64,000 nucleotides of DNA from the IMG/VR virus record IMGVR_UViG_3300009163_000019. One strand, 5' to 3'. This stretch comes from a virus. Made by a program: the position numbers and the translations under genes. Below the pieces are notes generated by a model. The model was not told the DNA's origin and did not search any database. It was given only the letters and a program-made list of their open reading frames with translations. Positions 1 through 9,459 of the stretch are shown one piece after another. Position 1 is the stretch's first letter, and each line of letters starts with the position of its first letter.

Positions 1-31
1 ATTTAACTAAAGTGTTTTGAATAAAGTATTG

Positions 32-39
32 ATATTTAT
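32..39 (+). promoter_or_regulatory. Recurrent ATATTTAT putative phage late promoter
   Basis: Also at 2620, 3809, 4870, 15829, 20689, 22898, 28098, 30782, 38363, 39292, 42669 and 46040, each shortly upstream of a gene start. Confidence 0.65.
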
Positions 40-60
40 TACTAGATAAAAATAATATAA

Positions 61-1863
61 ATGGCCGAAACACTTATTAGCCCAGGAGTTTTCTTAAATG
101 AAAACGATTTATCCCAGATAACACAAGGACCAATAGCTGCAGGCGCAGCAATTGTAGGCCCTACTGTAACAGGTCCAGTAAATCTTCCTACATTAGTAAC
201 TACCTATTCACAATACAAAGCTCTATTTGGAGCTGCGTTTATTTCAGGAGGTGCTAACTACGAATATTTAACTAGTATTGCAGCTCTTAATTATTTTGAA
301 CAAGGAGGAAGTTCTCTTCTTGTTACGAGAGTGGCTTCAGGATCTTATACACCGGCAACTGCATCTATTCAAGCACAAGACGGAACTAGAACTTCTTTTG
401 TGTTAGAAACACTTTCAGTTGGTGATGTAATGGATAACTTTAGTGCATCTATGTATAGCGTAACTGCATCTTCTGGATTATTATCTTCTGGTTCCTCTGC
501 TAATATTCGTTGGGAAATTACTTCCGCAGATACAGGATCAGGATTATTTAGTCTTATTATACGTCGTGGTGATGATTATAACAATAGTAAAACTATTTTA
601 GAAAGCTGGAATAATCTTTCTCTTGATCCTAATCAAAATAACTATATTTCTTATGTTATTGGTGATCAAGCAGTAACTGTAAAAACAGATGAATATGGTG
701 AAAATTATATTCAATTAAGTGGATCATATCAAAATAAATCTAGATATGTAAGAGTTAAATCTGTAAATTTATCTACTCCTGGATACTTTGATCAAACAGG
801 TCAACCAAGAGCCCAATATACAGCATCTTTACCAGAAACTAGTTTCCCTCTTATAAGTAGTTCTTTCCAAGCATCAGGTGGATACGGTGGATTTGGTAGC
901 GCAATTGGAGCAATTTATGGATCTTTTGGAAAAGCTGCGGTTAATTTGTTTGAAGCAATTCCTAGTCAAAATTCAGTAGTTTCTAGTCCTGCTACAAATA
1001 TTCAAGGATTGCACGCTAGTGATTATAATGTAGCTCTTAGTCTATTAGCTAATAAAGATGCTTATGATTTCAATGTGATCTATGCACCAGGATTAACTAC
1101 ACAAAATGCTTCTAGTACTGTATCTGATATTTTACTTCTTGCACAAGGTCGTGGAGACGCTATTGCAGTAGTAGATATGGTAGGATACGGACAAAATATA
1201 TCAACAACTGTAAGTAATGCATCAACTTATGATAACTCATATGGTGCAACATATTGGCCGTGGGTTCAAATTAGAAGTCGTGAAACAGGAAAAATTAATT
1301 TCGTTCCAGCTTCTACATTAGTTCCTGCTGTATATGAATACAATGATAAAGTATCTGCTGAGTGGTTTGCACCTGCAGGTATGAATAGAGGTTCATTATC
1401 TACAGTGCTTCAACCAGAAAGAAAATTAACTGTTAATGATAGGAATACACTTTATCAAGGTAAAGTAAATCCAATAGCAACCTTCCCAGGTGTTGGAACA
1501 GTAATCTATGGACAAAAGACACTTCAACAAAAGCCATCTGCTCTTGATAGAGTAAATGTAAGACGCCTGTTAATTGCCCTTAAAAGTTATATTGGTCAAA
1601 TTGGTGAGACAATTGTATTCGAGCCAAATACTCAAGTAACTCGTAATAAATTCTTAAACCAAGTTAATCCTTACTTAGAAACAGTACAACAAAGACAAGG
1701 TCTTTATGCTTTCCAAGTAGTTATGGATGAAACTAATAACACACCAGACGTAGTAGATCGTAATCAATTAGTTGGTACAATCTATTTACAACCAACAAAG
1801 ACTGCGGAATTCATTCAACTTGATTTCAACATTCTTCCAACTGGTACTTCATTTGGCCAATAA
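61..1863 (+). CDS. Contractile tail sheath protein (T4 gp18-like)
   Basis: N-terminal SPGV..E.D and C-terminal WFAPAG..RG, NPI..FPG.G...GQKT, RVNVRRL and PTKTAEFI motifs typical of sheath proteins. Confidence 0.95.
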   Translation: MAETLISPGVFLNENDLSQITQGPIAAGAAIVGPTVTGPVNLPTLVTTYSQYKALFGAAFISGGANYEYLTSIAALNYFEQGGSSLLVTRVASGSYTPATASIQAQDGTRTSFVLETLSVGDVMDNFSASMYSVTASSGLLSSGSSANIRWEITSADTGSGLFSLIIRRGDDYNNSKTILESWNNLSLDPNQNNYISYVIGDQAVTVKTDEYGENYIQLSGSYQNKSRYVRVKSVNLSTPGYFDQTGQPRAQYTASLPETSFPLISSSFQASGGYGGFGSAIGAIYGSFGKAAVNLFEAIPSQNSVVSSPATNIQGLHASDYNVALSLLANKDAYDFNVIYAPGLTTQNASSTVSDILLLAQGRGDAIAVVDMVGYGQNISTTVSNASTYDNSYGATYWPWVQIRSRETGKINFVPASTLVPAVYEYNDKVSAEWFAPAGMNRGSLSTVLQPERKLTVNDRNTLYQGKVNPIATFPGVGTVIYGQKTLQQKPSALDRVNVRRLLIALKSYIGQIGETIVFEPNTQVTRNKFLNQVNPYLETVQQRQGLYAFQVVMDETNNTPDVVDRNQLVGTIYLQPTKTAEFIQLDFNILPTGTSFGQ

Positions 1864-1880
1864 AATAAATAAAATTTAAG

Positions 1881-2600
1881 ATGAACGATAATACAATCCT
1901 AAGAATTAAAGTACCTGCTCACTTATATGAAAGTGTAAAAGAGCAATTAACATTAAAGGAAAATAAAAAGCAGCTTCAAGAAGAGATTACTGCAACTGAT
2001 GAAGAACTTATGGCCTTCTATGAGAAAGTTAAGCAAGAAGTAGAAGCCGGAACAGATTTAGAATCAGCAATTCACTATGCAAAGTTTGATATGAATAATC
2101 CAGACGCTGCTAAAGAATTATCTTCTATGAATGAAGCCAAAAAACAAAATTATGGTGCTGGTTATTCTGTAGTAAAAGAAAAGAAAATGAAAACTCCTAA
2201 AGACGGAATGAAAAAAGTTGAAGAAGATAAAGGATACATGGGAACCGGATATGATTCTCCTGAAGAGATGGGAGTATCTATGATTAAAAAAGAAACAAAA
2301 GATAAAGAAATGGAAAAGAAAACTCGCACATTAGACGAATTAAAAGCTGCTAAAGCTAAACTTAATAAGAAGATTGAAGAAATGGAAGGTGGAAATGAAA
2401 AAGGAGAAAAAATTGAAGAAGGTGGTGTTTTTGCTGATCCTAATTTCTGGGCTGGTATTGGAGGTCTACTTCTTGGATCTGTTCCTTTCATCAAATTAAA
2501 ATATGATCAATGGAAGTATGCTAAGACTCCTGAAGAAAAGAAGCAAATGGAAAAAGAGTTGGCTAATGCTATTCAAAGTAAGATGTCTGGTGGCATGTAA
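1881..2600 (+). CDS. Glu/Lys-rich hypothetical protein, possible head-packaged protein
   Basis: 239 aa ORF in the structural operon with many [ILVM]-x-E motifs. Confidence 0.5.
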   Translation: MNDNTILRIKVPAHLYESVKEQLTLKENKKQLQEEITATDEELMAFYEKVKQEVEAGTDLESAIHYAKFDMNNPDAAKELSSMNEAKKQNYGAGYSVVKEKKMKTPKDGMKKVEEDKGYMGTGYDSPEEMGVSMIKKETKDKEMEKKTRTLDELKAAKAKLNKKIEEMEGGNEKGEKIEEGGVFADPNFWAGIGGLLLGSVPFIKLKYDQWKYAKTPEEKKQMEKELANAIQSKMSGGM

Positions 2601-2634
2601 TAAATAATTTTGTTATCGAATATTTATAAGTAGA

Positions 2635-3219
2635 TTGCCAATAGTTTACAGACATATAAGAAAAGATAAAAATAAGCCGTTTTACATAGGAATAGGAGAG
2701 TCTGAAGATAGAGCTTACGAAACAAAAGGTAGAACAAGAGCTTGGAAAAATATATCAAAGAAAGGTTACGACGTAGAAGTTCTTTTTAATGATCTGAGTT
2801 GGGAAGAAGCCTGTGAGAAAGAAGTAGAGTTTATAGCTCTATATGGTAGAAGAGATAAAAAGGCTGGCACTTTAGTTAATATGACTGATGGAGGTGAAGG
2901 TACCGTTGGATATAGACACACAGATAAGACAAAAGAAAAGTGTAGATTAGTTACATCAGGAGAGAATCACCCTTTTTATAATAAAAAAAGGCCTGATCAC
3001 GCTGATAAAATGAAAGGTGAGAATAACCCTTGTTTTGGTAGAATTGGAGATAAACATCCGTTTTTTGGAAAAGAGGGGTATTGGAAAGGAAAAACTACTT
3101 CGGTTGCTAAAAAAATAGTTTATGAAGGAATAGAATTTGAATCACAAAATAAACTAGCAAAATATTTAAATAAATCAAGGTCATACATCACAAAATTGAT
3201 TAAACAAGATAAATTATAA
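2635..3219 (+). mobile_element. Free-standing GIY-YIG homing endonuclease with NUMOD3-like repeats
   Basis: VYRH...FYIGIG, E...IA.YGR, N.TDGGEG and three GENHPFY-like repeats; TTG start. Confidence 0.85.
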
Positions 3220-3223
3220 CAAT

Positions 3224-3709
3224 ATGCCTGTCCTCGATCCGAATGAGATAATGTTTACGGCGTTTGAACCTACAGTATCAAATCGCTTTGTCATGTACAT
3301 AGATGGTATTCCATCTTATATGATTAAAAAAGCTGATGCTCCTGGTGTTACTTTAAACGAGATCAAAATAGATCATATTAATGTTTATCGTAAGATCAAA
3401 GGTAAAGCTGAGTGGAAAGACATGACTTTAGCACTTTATAACCCTATTTCTCCTTCTGGACAACAAGCTGTAATGGAATGGGTACGTCTTCACCATGAGT
3501 CAGTAACTGGTCGTGATGGTTACTCTGACTTTTATAAGAAAGACCTAAACCTTTCTATCATCGGTCCAGTAGGTGATATTGTAAGTGAGTGGATTATTAA
3601 AGGTGCTTTCATTAAAGAAGCCTCTTTCGGAAGCTATGACTGGTCAACATCTGATCCAACTGAATTAACTATCTCAATAGGAATGGATTATTGCGTTTTG
3701 AACTACTGA
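3224..3709 (+). CDS. Tail tube protein (T4 gp19-like)
   Basis: 161 aa, downstream of the sheath; NRF...IDGI, W...TL and W...GAF..E..FG..DW pattern. Confidence 0.9.
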   Translation: MPVLDPNEIMFTAFEPTVSNRFVMYIDGIPSYMIKKADAPGVTLNEIKIDHINVYRKIKGKAEWKDMTLALYNPISPSGQQAVMEWVRLHHESVTGRDGYSDFYKKDLNLSIIGPVGDIVSEWIIKGAFIKEASFGSYDWSTSDPTELTISIGMDYCVLNY

Positions 3710-3760
3710 TATAATATTAAGTGTTTAACTACTAATAGAAAAAAACAAATATTTAAAAAG

Positions 3761-3786
3761 AAGCTCCTTACTAGGGGCTTTTTTTA
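3761..3786 (+). terminator. Rho-independent terminator after the tail tube gene
   Basis: AAGCTCCT-TACT-AGGGGCTT followed by a T run. Confidence 0.85.
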
Positions 3787-3833
3787 TTTTAAAAAACTAA
3801 ATATTAGTATATTTATATATAAATACATAGTTT

Positions 3834-4595
3834 ATGTCAGAACAAAAGTTTACGATTCCAACAGAAATGATAGACCTACCTTCAAAAGGTCTAATTTACC
3901 CTAAAGAAAGTCCTCTATCATCAGGACAAATTGAAATGAAGTATATGACAGCAAGAGAAGAAGACATTCTTACGAATGTTAATCTACTTCGTCAAGGCCT
4001 TGCAATTGAAAAAATGCTTAAATCACTTATTAAGTCTCCTATTAATTATGATGATCTCACTTTAGGTGATAGAAATGGTCTTCTTATTGCAGCTAGAATA
4101 CTAGCTTATGGTAAAGACTACTCCTTTAAGTACAAGAACTCGAATACAGACGAGGAAGAGACCGTGAATGTAGATCTTCAAGATCTTAAATATAAGGTCA
4201 TGGATGAGTCCCTATTCAACAATAAGAATGAATTTGATTTTATCCTACCATATTCAAAAAATACAGTTACATTTAAAGTACTTTCAGTAGCAGAAGACAA
4301 AAAAATTGATGAAGAGATTAAAGGTATGAAAAAAATGGTTGGTCAAGAAGCCGGCTTAATTTCTACTAGATTAAAACATCAGATCCTTTCTGTTAATGGA
4401 GATTATTCTACAAAAACAGTTCGAGATTTTGTTGATCAAGGATATCTCCTATCCAGAGATGCAATAGAGCTTCGTAGACAGATTGAAAAGGTAACCCCTG
4501 ATATTGATCTTAATATTACATTTCTTTTAAAGGATGGCACGGAGGTATCTTCAGGCCTTCCAATGACGGCTGAATTCTTTTTTCCCGGGGCATAG
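3834..4595 (+). CDS. Tail assembly chaperone / baseplate hub assembly protein (T4 gp26-like)
   Basis: LPSKG..YP, MTAREEDIL, GDR..LL..ARI..YG; lies between the tube and tape measure genes. Confidence 0.75.
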   Translation: MSEQKFTIPTEMIDLPSKGLIYPKESPLSSGQIEMKYMTAREEDILTNVNLLRQGLAIEKMLKSLIKSPINYDDLTLGDRNGLLIAARILAYGKDYSFKYKNSNTDEEETVNVDLQDLKYKVMDESLFNNKNEFDFILPYSKNTVTFKVLSVAEDKKIDEEIKGMKKMVGQEAGLISTRLKHQILSVNGDYSTKTVRDFVDQGYLLSRDAIELRRQIEKVTPDIDLNITFLLKDGTEVSSGLPMTAEFFFPGA

Positions 4596-4611
4596 TTATA
4601 GATCTCAATTC

Positions 4612-4869
4612 ATGACAGAAGTATTTGAACTCACCTACCATGGCGGTGGTGGCTTCACTTATTCTGAGGTCTGGAACATGGACATTCCTAAACGCCGATT
4701 TAATCTAAAGAAGATAAATGAATATCTTGAGAAGGTTGAAGAGATTCGTAATGAGTCCAGACAGAAGATAACAGAGAAGACAGATCCCAATAAATTAAAG
4801 ATCCCAGATTTTGTAAAATCTAAATCTGAAGAAAGTACCTTTGTTTCTAAAGTAAAAACAAAAAAGTAA
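4612..4869 (+). CDS. Second tail-chaperone ORF, probably the frameshift extension of 3834..4595
   Basis: Frame is open from 4567, overlapping the end of the upstream gene across TTTTTTCCCGGGG; EVWNM.I..RR resembles GT-type chaperone tails. Confidence 0.65.
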   Translation: MTEVFELTYHGGGGFTYSEVWNMDIPKRRFNLKKINEYLEKVEEIRNESRQKITEKTDPNKLKIPDFVKSKSEESTFVSKVKTKK

Positions 4870-4896
4870 ATATTTATTTGTAGGTAATACTAATAA

Positions 4897-7206
4897 ATGG
4901 CAAACGACAATAAATCACAGCAGAATATTCAAGAGACGGCATCATCTTTATCGACTGCTCAATCTGCTGCTGCGTCTAGTGTAACTGGCGCATATATTGC
5001 TACTAATAAAGAATTCAAAGAATCTATCAATTTACTCAATAAAATGAATAAATTAATAGACGATTCTGTATCAAAAACTCAAAGTTTTGAAAAGTCTACT
5101 ATTAATATAAAAAGAATTGAGCAAGAAAGAGAAAGAATTCAAAGAAAACAATTAAATTTAGAAGCCCAATTAAAAACCGTATCTGACGCTGATCAGCAAA
5201 AAGCATCGGAATATGTTAAAAAATTAGAAGATAGAAAAAAGTTAGAGGAAGAAATTATTAGAAAAAGATCATTAGGACAAAGAATAAGTACCGCGGCTTT
5301 ACAAACTTTAGAAACAGAAATTACAGATATAGAAAAGATACTAACTGCTGAACAATTAACAGCAGTTGCAATTCAACAAAGTAATAAAGGATTAGAAGAA
5401 AGAATCAATCTTGTAAATGAAGAACTAAAAAAGGAAGAACAAATAAAAAAAGAGTTAGGTTTTATAGGCGGCGGTTTAAAACTGATGAATAAGTACTTAC
5501 TATTCGGTAAAGACTTATACGGTAAAATGGTTGAAGAAGCGAGAGAGGGCGATAAAGCTACTAAGAATTGGGTAGCTACCGCAGCTTTATTAAGTGTTAG
5601 TTTATATGCTGCTGGAAAAGGAATACAAAAATTCGCAGAATATGGAAATAAAGGCATAGGAGCATTAACAGGTACTGGAGGTCCTATCTCTAAATTAGTT
5701 TCTCCATTTACTGAATTAATAAGTAAGATTCCTATTGTTGGAGGACTAATTGGAGGCGTAGTTGATATGTTAGCTAATGTTGCAGATTATGCAACAGAAG
5801 CAGGATCACAAGTGCAACTATTCGCTAGAAATCTTTCAATGTCTGTTACCGATGCTACAAATTTAAATAAGCAGTATAGTAATACAGCACAGGCTTCAGG
5901 AGATTTATTATTTAATGCAAAAAAGTTTAGAGAAACTCAATTAGAAATTGCAGAAGCTACAGGCAGAAACAATTTACTATCAGATAAAAGTTTACAAACT
6001 CAGATACAATTAAAAGAGCTTGCAGGAATAGATCTTGAAACAAGAAAACAACTTGTAGACACAGAAATTATTTCAGGCGTTCAACAAGATAAGATTGTTA
6101 AAGCTTCAATGGGGACTTCTAATTTTATACAAAAAACATTAGGAATTTCTATAAAATGGCAAACTATACTTAAAGAAGCTTCTAGTTTATCAGGAGTTTT
6201 AGGATTATCTTTTGCAAAATATCCAGAAAAATTAACTAGATCTTTAGCTACAGTTAAGTCAATGGGTCTAGAATTAAAACAATTAGATGGAATAGCAGAT
6301 TCATTTTTAGATTTTGAATCGTCTATATCAAAAGAGTTTGAAGCTCAATTATTAACAGGTAAAGATATTAATCTAGCTAAAGCTCGTGAAGCATTTTTAA
6401 ATAACGATTTAGTAACTGCAGGGAAAGAGTTAGTGTCGCAATTAGGAACATCGGGAGAGTTTTTAAGTTATAATAGAATACAACAAGAAGCTCTTGCTGG
6501 ATCTGCTGGTATGACTAGAGATCAAGTTGCTGATATGTTAAAACAGCAAGAACTATTTTCTAGATTACAAGTTAATGATATTAAAGGATACCAACAAAAG
6601 GTATCTTTAATGACACAAACTATAGAAGGTCAAAAAGAGCTGGTTAGTTTATTAGGTGAAGAAGAATATAGTAAAGTAATGAGTCAAACGGCTACTGAAA
6701 AAATAGCTAACTTTATAGAAAAAATAAAACAATCCTTTGCAGACTTATTAAGTAGTTCTAGTTTTAAAGGATTCTTAGATAAGGTACTAAATTTTATATC
6801 TGATCCTAAAAATATAGAGGCTTTTATGTCTAAAATAACAGGTTTTGTTTCTACTATGATTAGTGCTATTGCTGGTGTAGTTAATGCTTTAGATTATATA
6901 TCATTTGGATCTATAGACAATAAAATAATTGATAATTTAAATTCATACGCTAGTGAAATAGGAGGATTAAAAATAGGCGCTTTAGCACCTGCAGGAGGAG
7001 TATCAGTAGAACAGAATCAAACAAAATCTAGTATAGCGGCAACTGCGGCTCCCGCTGTAGCAGTTGATAATATGAGTATGAGATCAAATAATAATGCATC
7101 TAAAGTTTATAACGTTATTATAGTAGATCCTATAACAGGAAAATCAGTAGAAAAGGTTATAGATCAAGCAACTTATGAAAAGTTTGGCGGAACAATGGGA
7201 AAATAA
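4897..7206 (+). CDS. Tape measure protein
   Basis: 769 aa helical Ala/Gly/Leu-rich protein after the chaperone pair; FESSI..EFEAQLLTGK.INL.KAR motif. Confidence 0.85.
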   Translation: MANDNKSQQNIQETASSLSTAQSAAASSVTGAYIATNKEFKESINLLNKMNKLIDDSVSKTQSFEKSTINIKRIEQERERIQRKQLNLEAQLKTVSDADQQKASEYVKKLEDRKKLEEEIIRKRSLGQRISTAALQTLETEITDIEKILTAEQLTAVAIQQSNKGLEERINLVNEELKKEEQIKKELGFIGGGLKLMNKYLLFGKDLYGKMVEEAREGDKATKNWVATAALLSVSLYAAGKGIQKFAEYGNKGIGALTGTGGPISKLVSPFTELISKIPIVGGLIGGVVDMLANVADYATEAGSQVQLFARNLSMSVTDATNLNKQYSNTAQASGDLLFNAKKFRETQLEIAEATGRNNLLSDKSLQTQIQLKELAGIDLETRKQLVDTEIISGVQQDKIVKASMGTSNFIQKTLGISIKWQTILKEASSLSGVLGLSFAKYPEKLTRSLATVKSMGLELKQLDGIADSFLDFESSISKEFEAQLLTGKDINLAKAREAFLNNDLVTAGKELVSQLGTSGEFLSYNRIQQEALAGSAGMTRDQVADMLKQQELFSRLQVNDIKGYQQKVSLMTQTIEGQKELVSLLGEEEYSKVMSQTATEKIANFIEKIKQSFADLLSSSSFKGFLDKVLNFISDPKNIEAFMSKITGFVSTMISAIAGVVNALDYISFGSIDNKIIDNLNSYASEIGGLKIGALAPAGGVSVEQNQTKSSIAATAAPAVAVDNMSMRSNNNASKVYNVIIVDPITGKSVEKVIDQATYEKFGGTMGK

Positions 7207-7214
7207 TAAATTAA

Positions 7215-9140
7215 ATGGCACTAATAGATTTAAGAACAAATTTAAAAAGTTTAAAATATGGGTCTGATAGACCTGGTGGTGGATCATCTGGCCAACCCTA
7301 TATACAAACTAATATACCACCTACCAATTTAGTAACTCTAAATCCAGATACTATTGGTGGAGCAGGAAATACAAATCCAATATACAGAATTAATTCTACT
7401 GGAGGTTTAGATTTTCCTATTAGAGGTGGAGCTATAAATTTTCAATTAGGAAATCAAACTTTTACACTATCTAGCCAAATAGATAAATCTAGAATAAAAA
7501 AATTTTTTGAAGATGCACCTAGAGGTAAAGCTTTTATAGATAAACAAGTAGGATTACAATTATCTAATCCTAAAATGGAAACAGGTAATACTCTAGTAGG
7601 ATTTAATCAATCAAATCCTTTACCTGGATTATTAGAAAACACAAGGGTTTATAATTTAGGTAAAAATACACTTGCACAAGTAGGAGTTCAAGGTACTGGT
7701 GTTCATGCAATAAGACACGGTATAATTCCTTTTAATCCATTCCAAAAAAATTATTACGCTATAGTAGATGCACAAAATATAAATAATAGTGGAGCTACAA
7801 ATAGATTACTAAATCTAACAGCATTAAAAATATCTACTGGTCCAACAGAATTCAATGATGTAAGAAATATCCCAGATATTAATTTAATTAATACTCTTGG
7901 AATATCTCTAAACAGAAATCTTATATTTCAATATCTTGGAGGACCTGGATCTACATATGGCGTTGGAGTAACAACTATTAAAAGAGCGGTAGATACAACT
8001 AGATTAAAATCTAGCAGAACTATGGTTTATGATCAATTAAGAATTCAAGATATTAATAATATAACAGATGGAGTTGCTACTACTAATATACAAGATTTTA
8101 GAACTCAATTACAAGAATACGATCCTGAAAAAAATTGGTTAAAGCAAGATAGCCTTGAATATAAATTCTTTATTGATAAAGAAGATAAGATGAATTTAAT
8201 GGAGACTTTTTCATTTGAAAATAAAAAAGCTCCGTGGGATGATATAGATAATAAAACTAATTCAAAAGATATAATAAAATTTGTATTTGAAGCAATCAGC
8301 AATGATAATACTAATAGTTCACAAGCAATATTTTTTAGGGCATTTTTAACTGCTGGAATTACTGATAATAATTCAGCTCAATTAAATGCATTTAAATACA
8401 TGGGTAGAGGAGAAAATTTTTATACATATCAAGGTTTTGATAGATCTATAAGTTTTTCATTTAGAATAGCTGTTGGATCTAAAAATGAATTAATGCCACT
8501 ATACAGAAAATTAAATGCTTTAATGAATCAAGTTTATCCTGATTATAGTTCTAAACAAGGAATCATGAGAGCTCCTGTTGTTAGAATTACTATAGGAGAT
8601 TATTTACATAGAGTTCCTGGATTTATAGAAAATGTAAATGTAACTATAGATAATAACACTACTTGGGAAATTAATCCACAAGATTTAGAATATATTGGAT
8701 TAAATGGAAACATAGCGCAACTTCCACAAGTTGTAGATGTATCTATATCGTTTAAACCTATTATGGATATACTTCCTAACAGAGGACAATTTAATTCTTC
8801 TTTAATAGTTAATAGCCCATTAAAACAAACAAATACTGAACAAACTAGTATTCCTAGTCCTAATCCTGATGTTTCTGAAAATATGGATGCTATAGTATCT
8901 GGAACAGACACTGATGCAAATCAACAAGCGGCCAAAAAACTTAATATAAATACTGGACAAACACCTCAGCAAGCTAAAAAAGCAAAAGCAAAAACAAAAC
9001 CTATTGAAAATATGCCTCCAAAATTACCACAAACAAGAAAAAATGGTTGGATGATTGCAGGTGGTGACGAATCATTAGCTGTGCCAGAAAAATATAATAA
9101 ATTAAGTTTGATCTCAGGAGATTTATACTTTGAAAAATAA
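7215..9140 (+). CDS. Baseplate / tail tube initiator-like structural protein
   Basis: C-terminal half FRAF....D......Y.GR.E....Y.GF.R.ISF.F; position after the tape measure gene. Confidence 0.6.
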   Translation: MALIDLRTNLKSLKYGSDRPGGGSSGQPYIQTNIPPTNLVTLNPDTIGGAGNTNPIYRINSTGGLDFPIRGGAINFQLGNQTFTLSSQIDKSRIKKFFEDAPRGKAFIDKQVGLQLSNPKMETGNTLVGFNQSNPLPGLLENTRVYNLGKNTLAQVGVQGTGVHAIRHGIIPFNPFQKNYYAIVDAQNINNSGATNRLLNLTALKISTGPTEFNDVRNIPDINLINTLGISLNRNLIFQYLGGPGSTYGVGVTTIKRAVDTTRLKSSRTMVYDQLRIQDINNITDGVATTNIQDFRTQLQEYDPEKNWLKQDSLEYKFFIDKEDKMNLMETFSFENKKAPWDDIDNKTNSKDIIKFVFEAISNDNTNSSQAIFFRAFLTAGITDNNSAQLNAFKYMGRGENFYTYQGFDRSISFSFRIAVGSKNELMPLYRKLNALMNQVYPDYSSKQGIMRAPVVRITIGDYLHRVPGFIENVNVTIDNNTTWEINPQDLEYIGLNGNIAQLPQVVDVSISFKPIMDILPNRGQFNSSLIVNSPLKQTNTEQTSIPSPNPDVSENMDAIVSGTDTDANQQAAKKLNINTGQTPQQAKKAKAKTKPIENMPPKLPQTRKNGWMIAGGDESLAVPEKYNKLSLISGDLYFEK

Positions 9141-9149
9141 ATAATAAAA

Positions 9150-9458
9150 ATGGCATCAAGATATCAAAATATACAAATAACAAAATATCAAGATAAAGGA
9201 GATCAATATTACTTAAATAATATTTATCCAGAAATTCCGCTATCAGAAAATGATAATTATGTTATAGCAACATTAGGAGATAGATTAGATTTATTAGCAT
9301 TTGATTTTTATGGCGATACTAGTTTTTGGTGGGTCATAGCGTCTGCAAATTCACTGCCAGGAGATTCTTTATATCTAGAGCCTGGAATACAATTGCGAAT
9401 ACCTAATGATATATCTGTAATATTAAATCAATATAAGTATACAAATTTAACTAGATAA
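9150..9458 (+). CDS. LysM-like baseplate wedge protein (gp53/tail X-like)
   Basis: GDRLDLLA..FYGD...WWVIA.AN......PG.QLRIP. Confidence 0.85.
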   Translation: MASRYQNIQITKYQDKGDQYYLNNIYPEIPLSENDNYVIATLGDRLDLLAFDFYGDTSFWWVIASANSLPGDSLYLEPGIQLRIPNDISVILNQYKYTNLTR

Positions 9459-9459
9459 T

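Noticed and set aside
2635-3219. Group I intron around the GIY-YIG ORF
   Set aside because: Flanks are only 34 and 4 nt, and the neighbouring genes are intact, so there is no room for a ribozyme core
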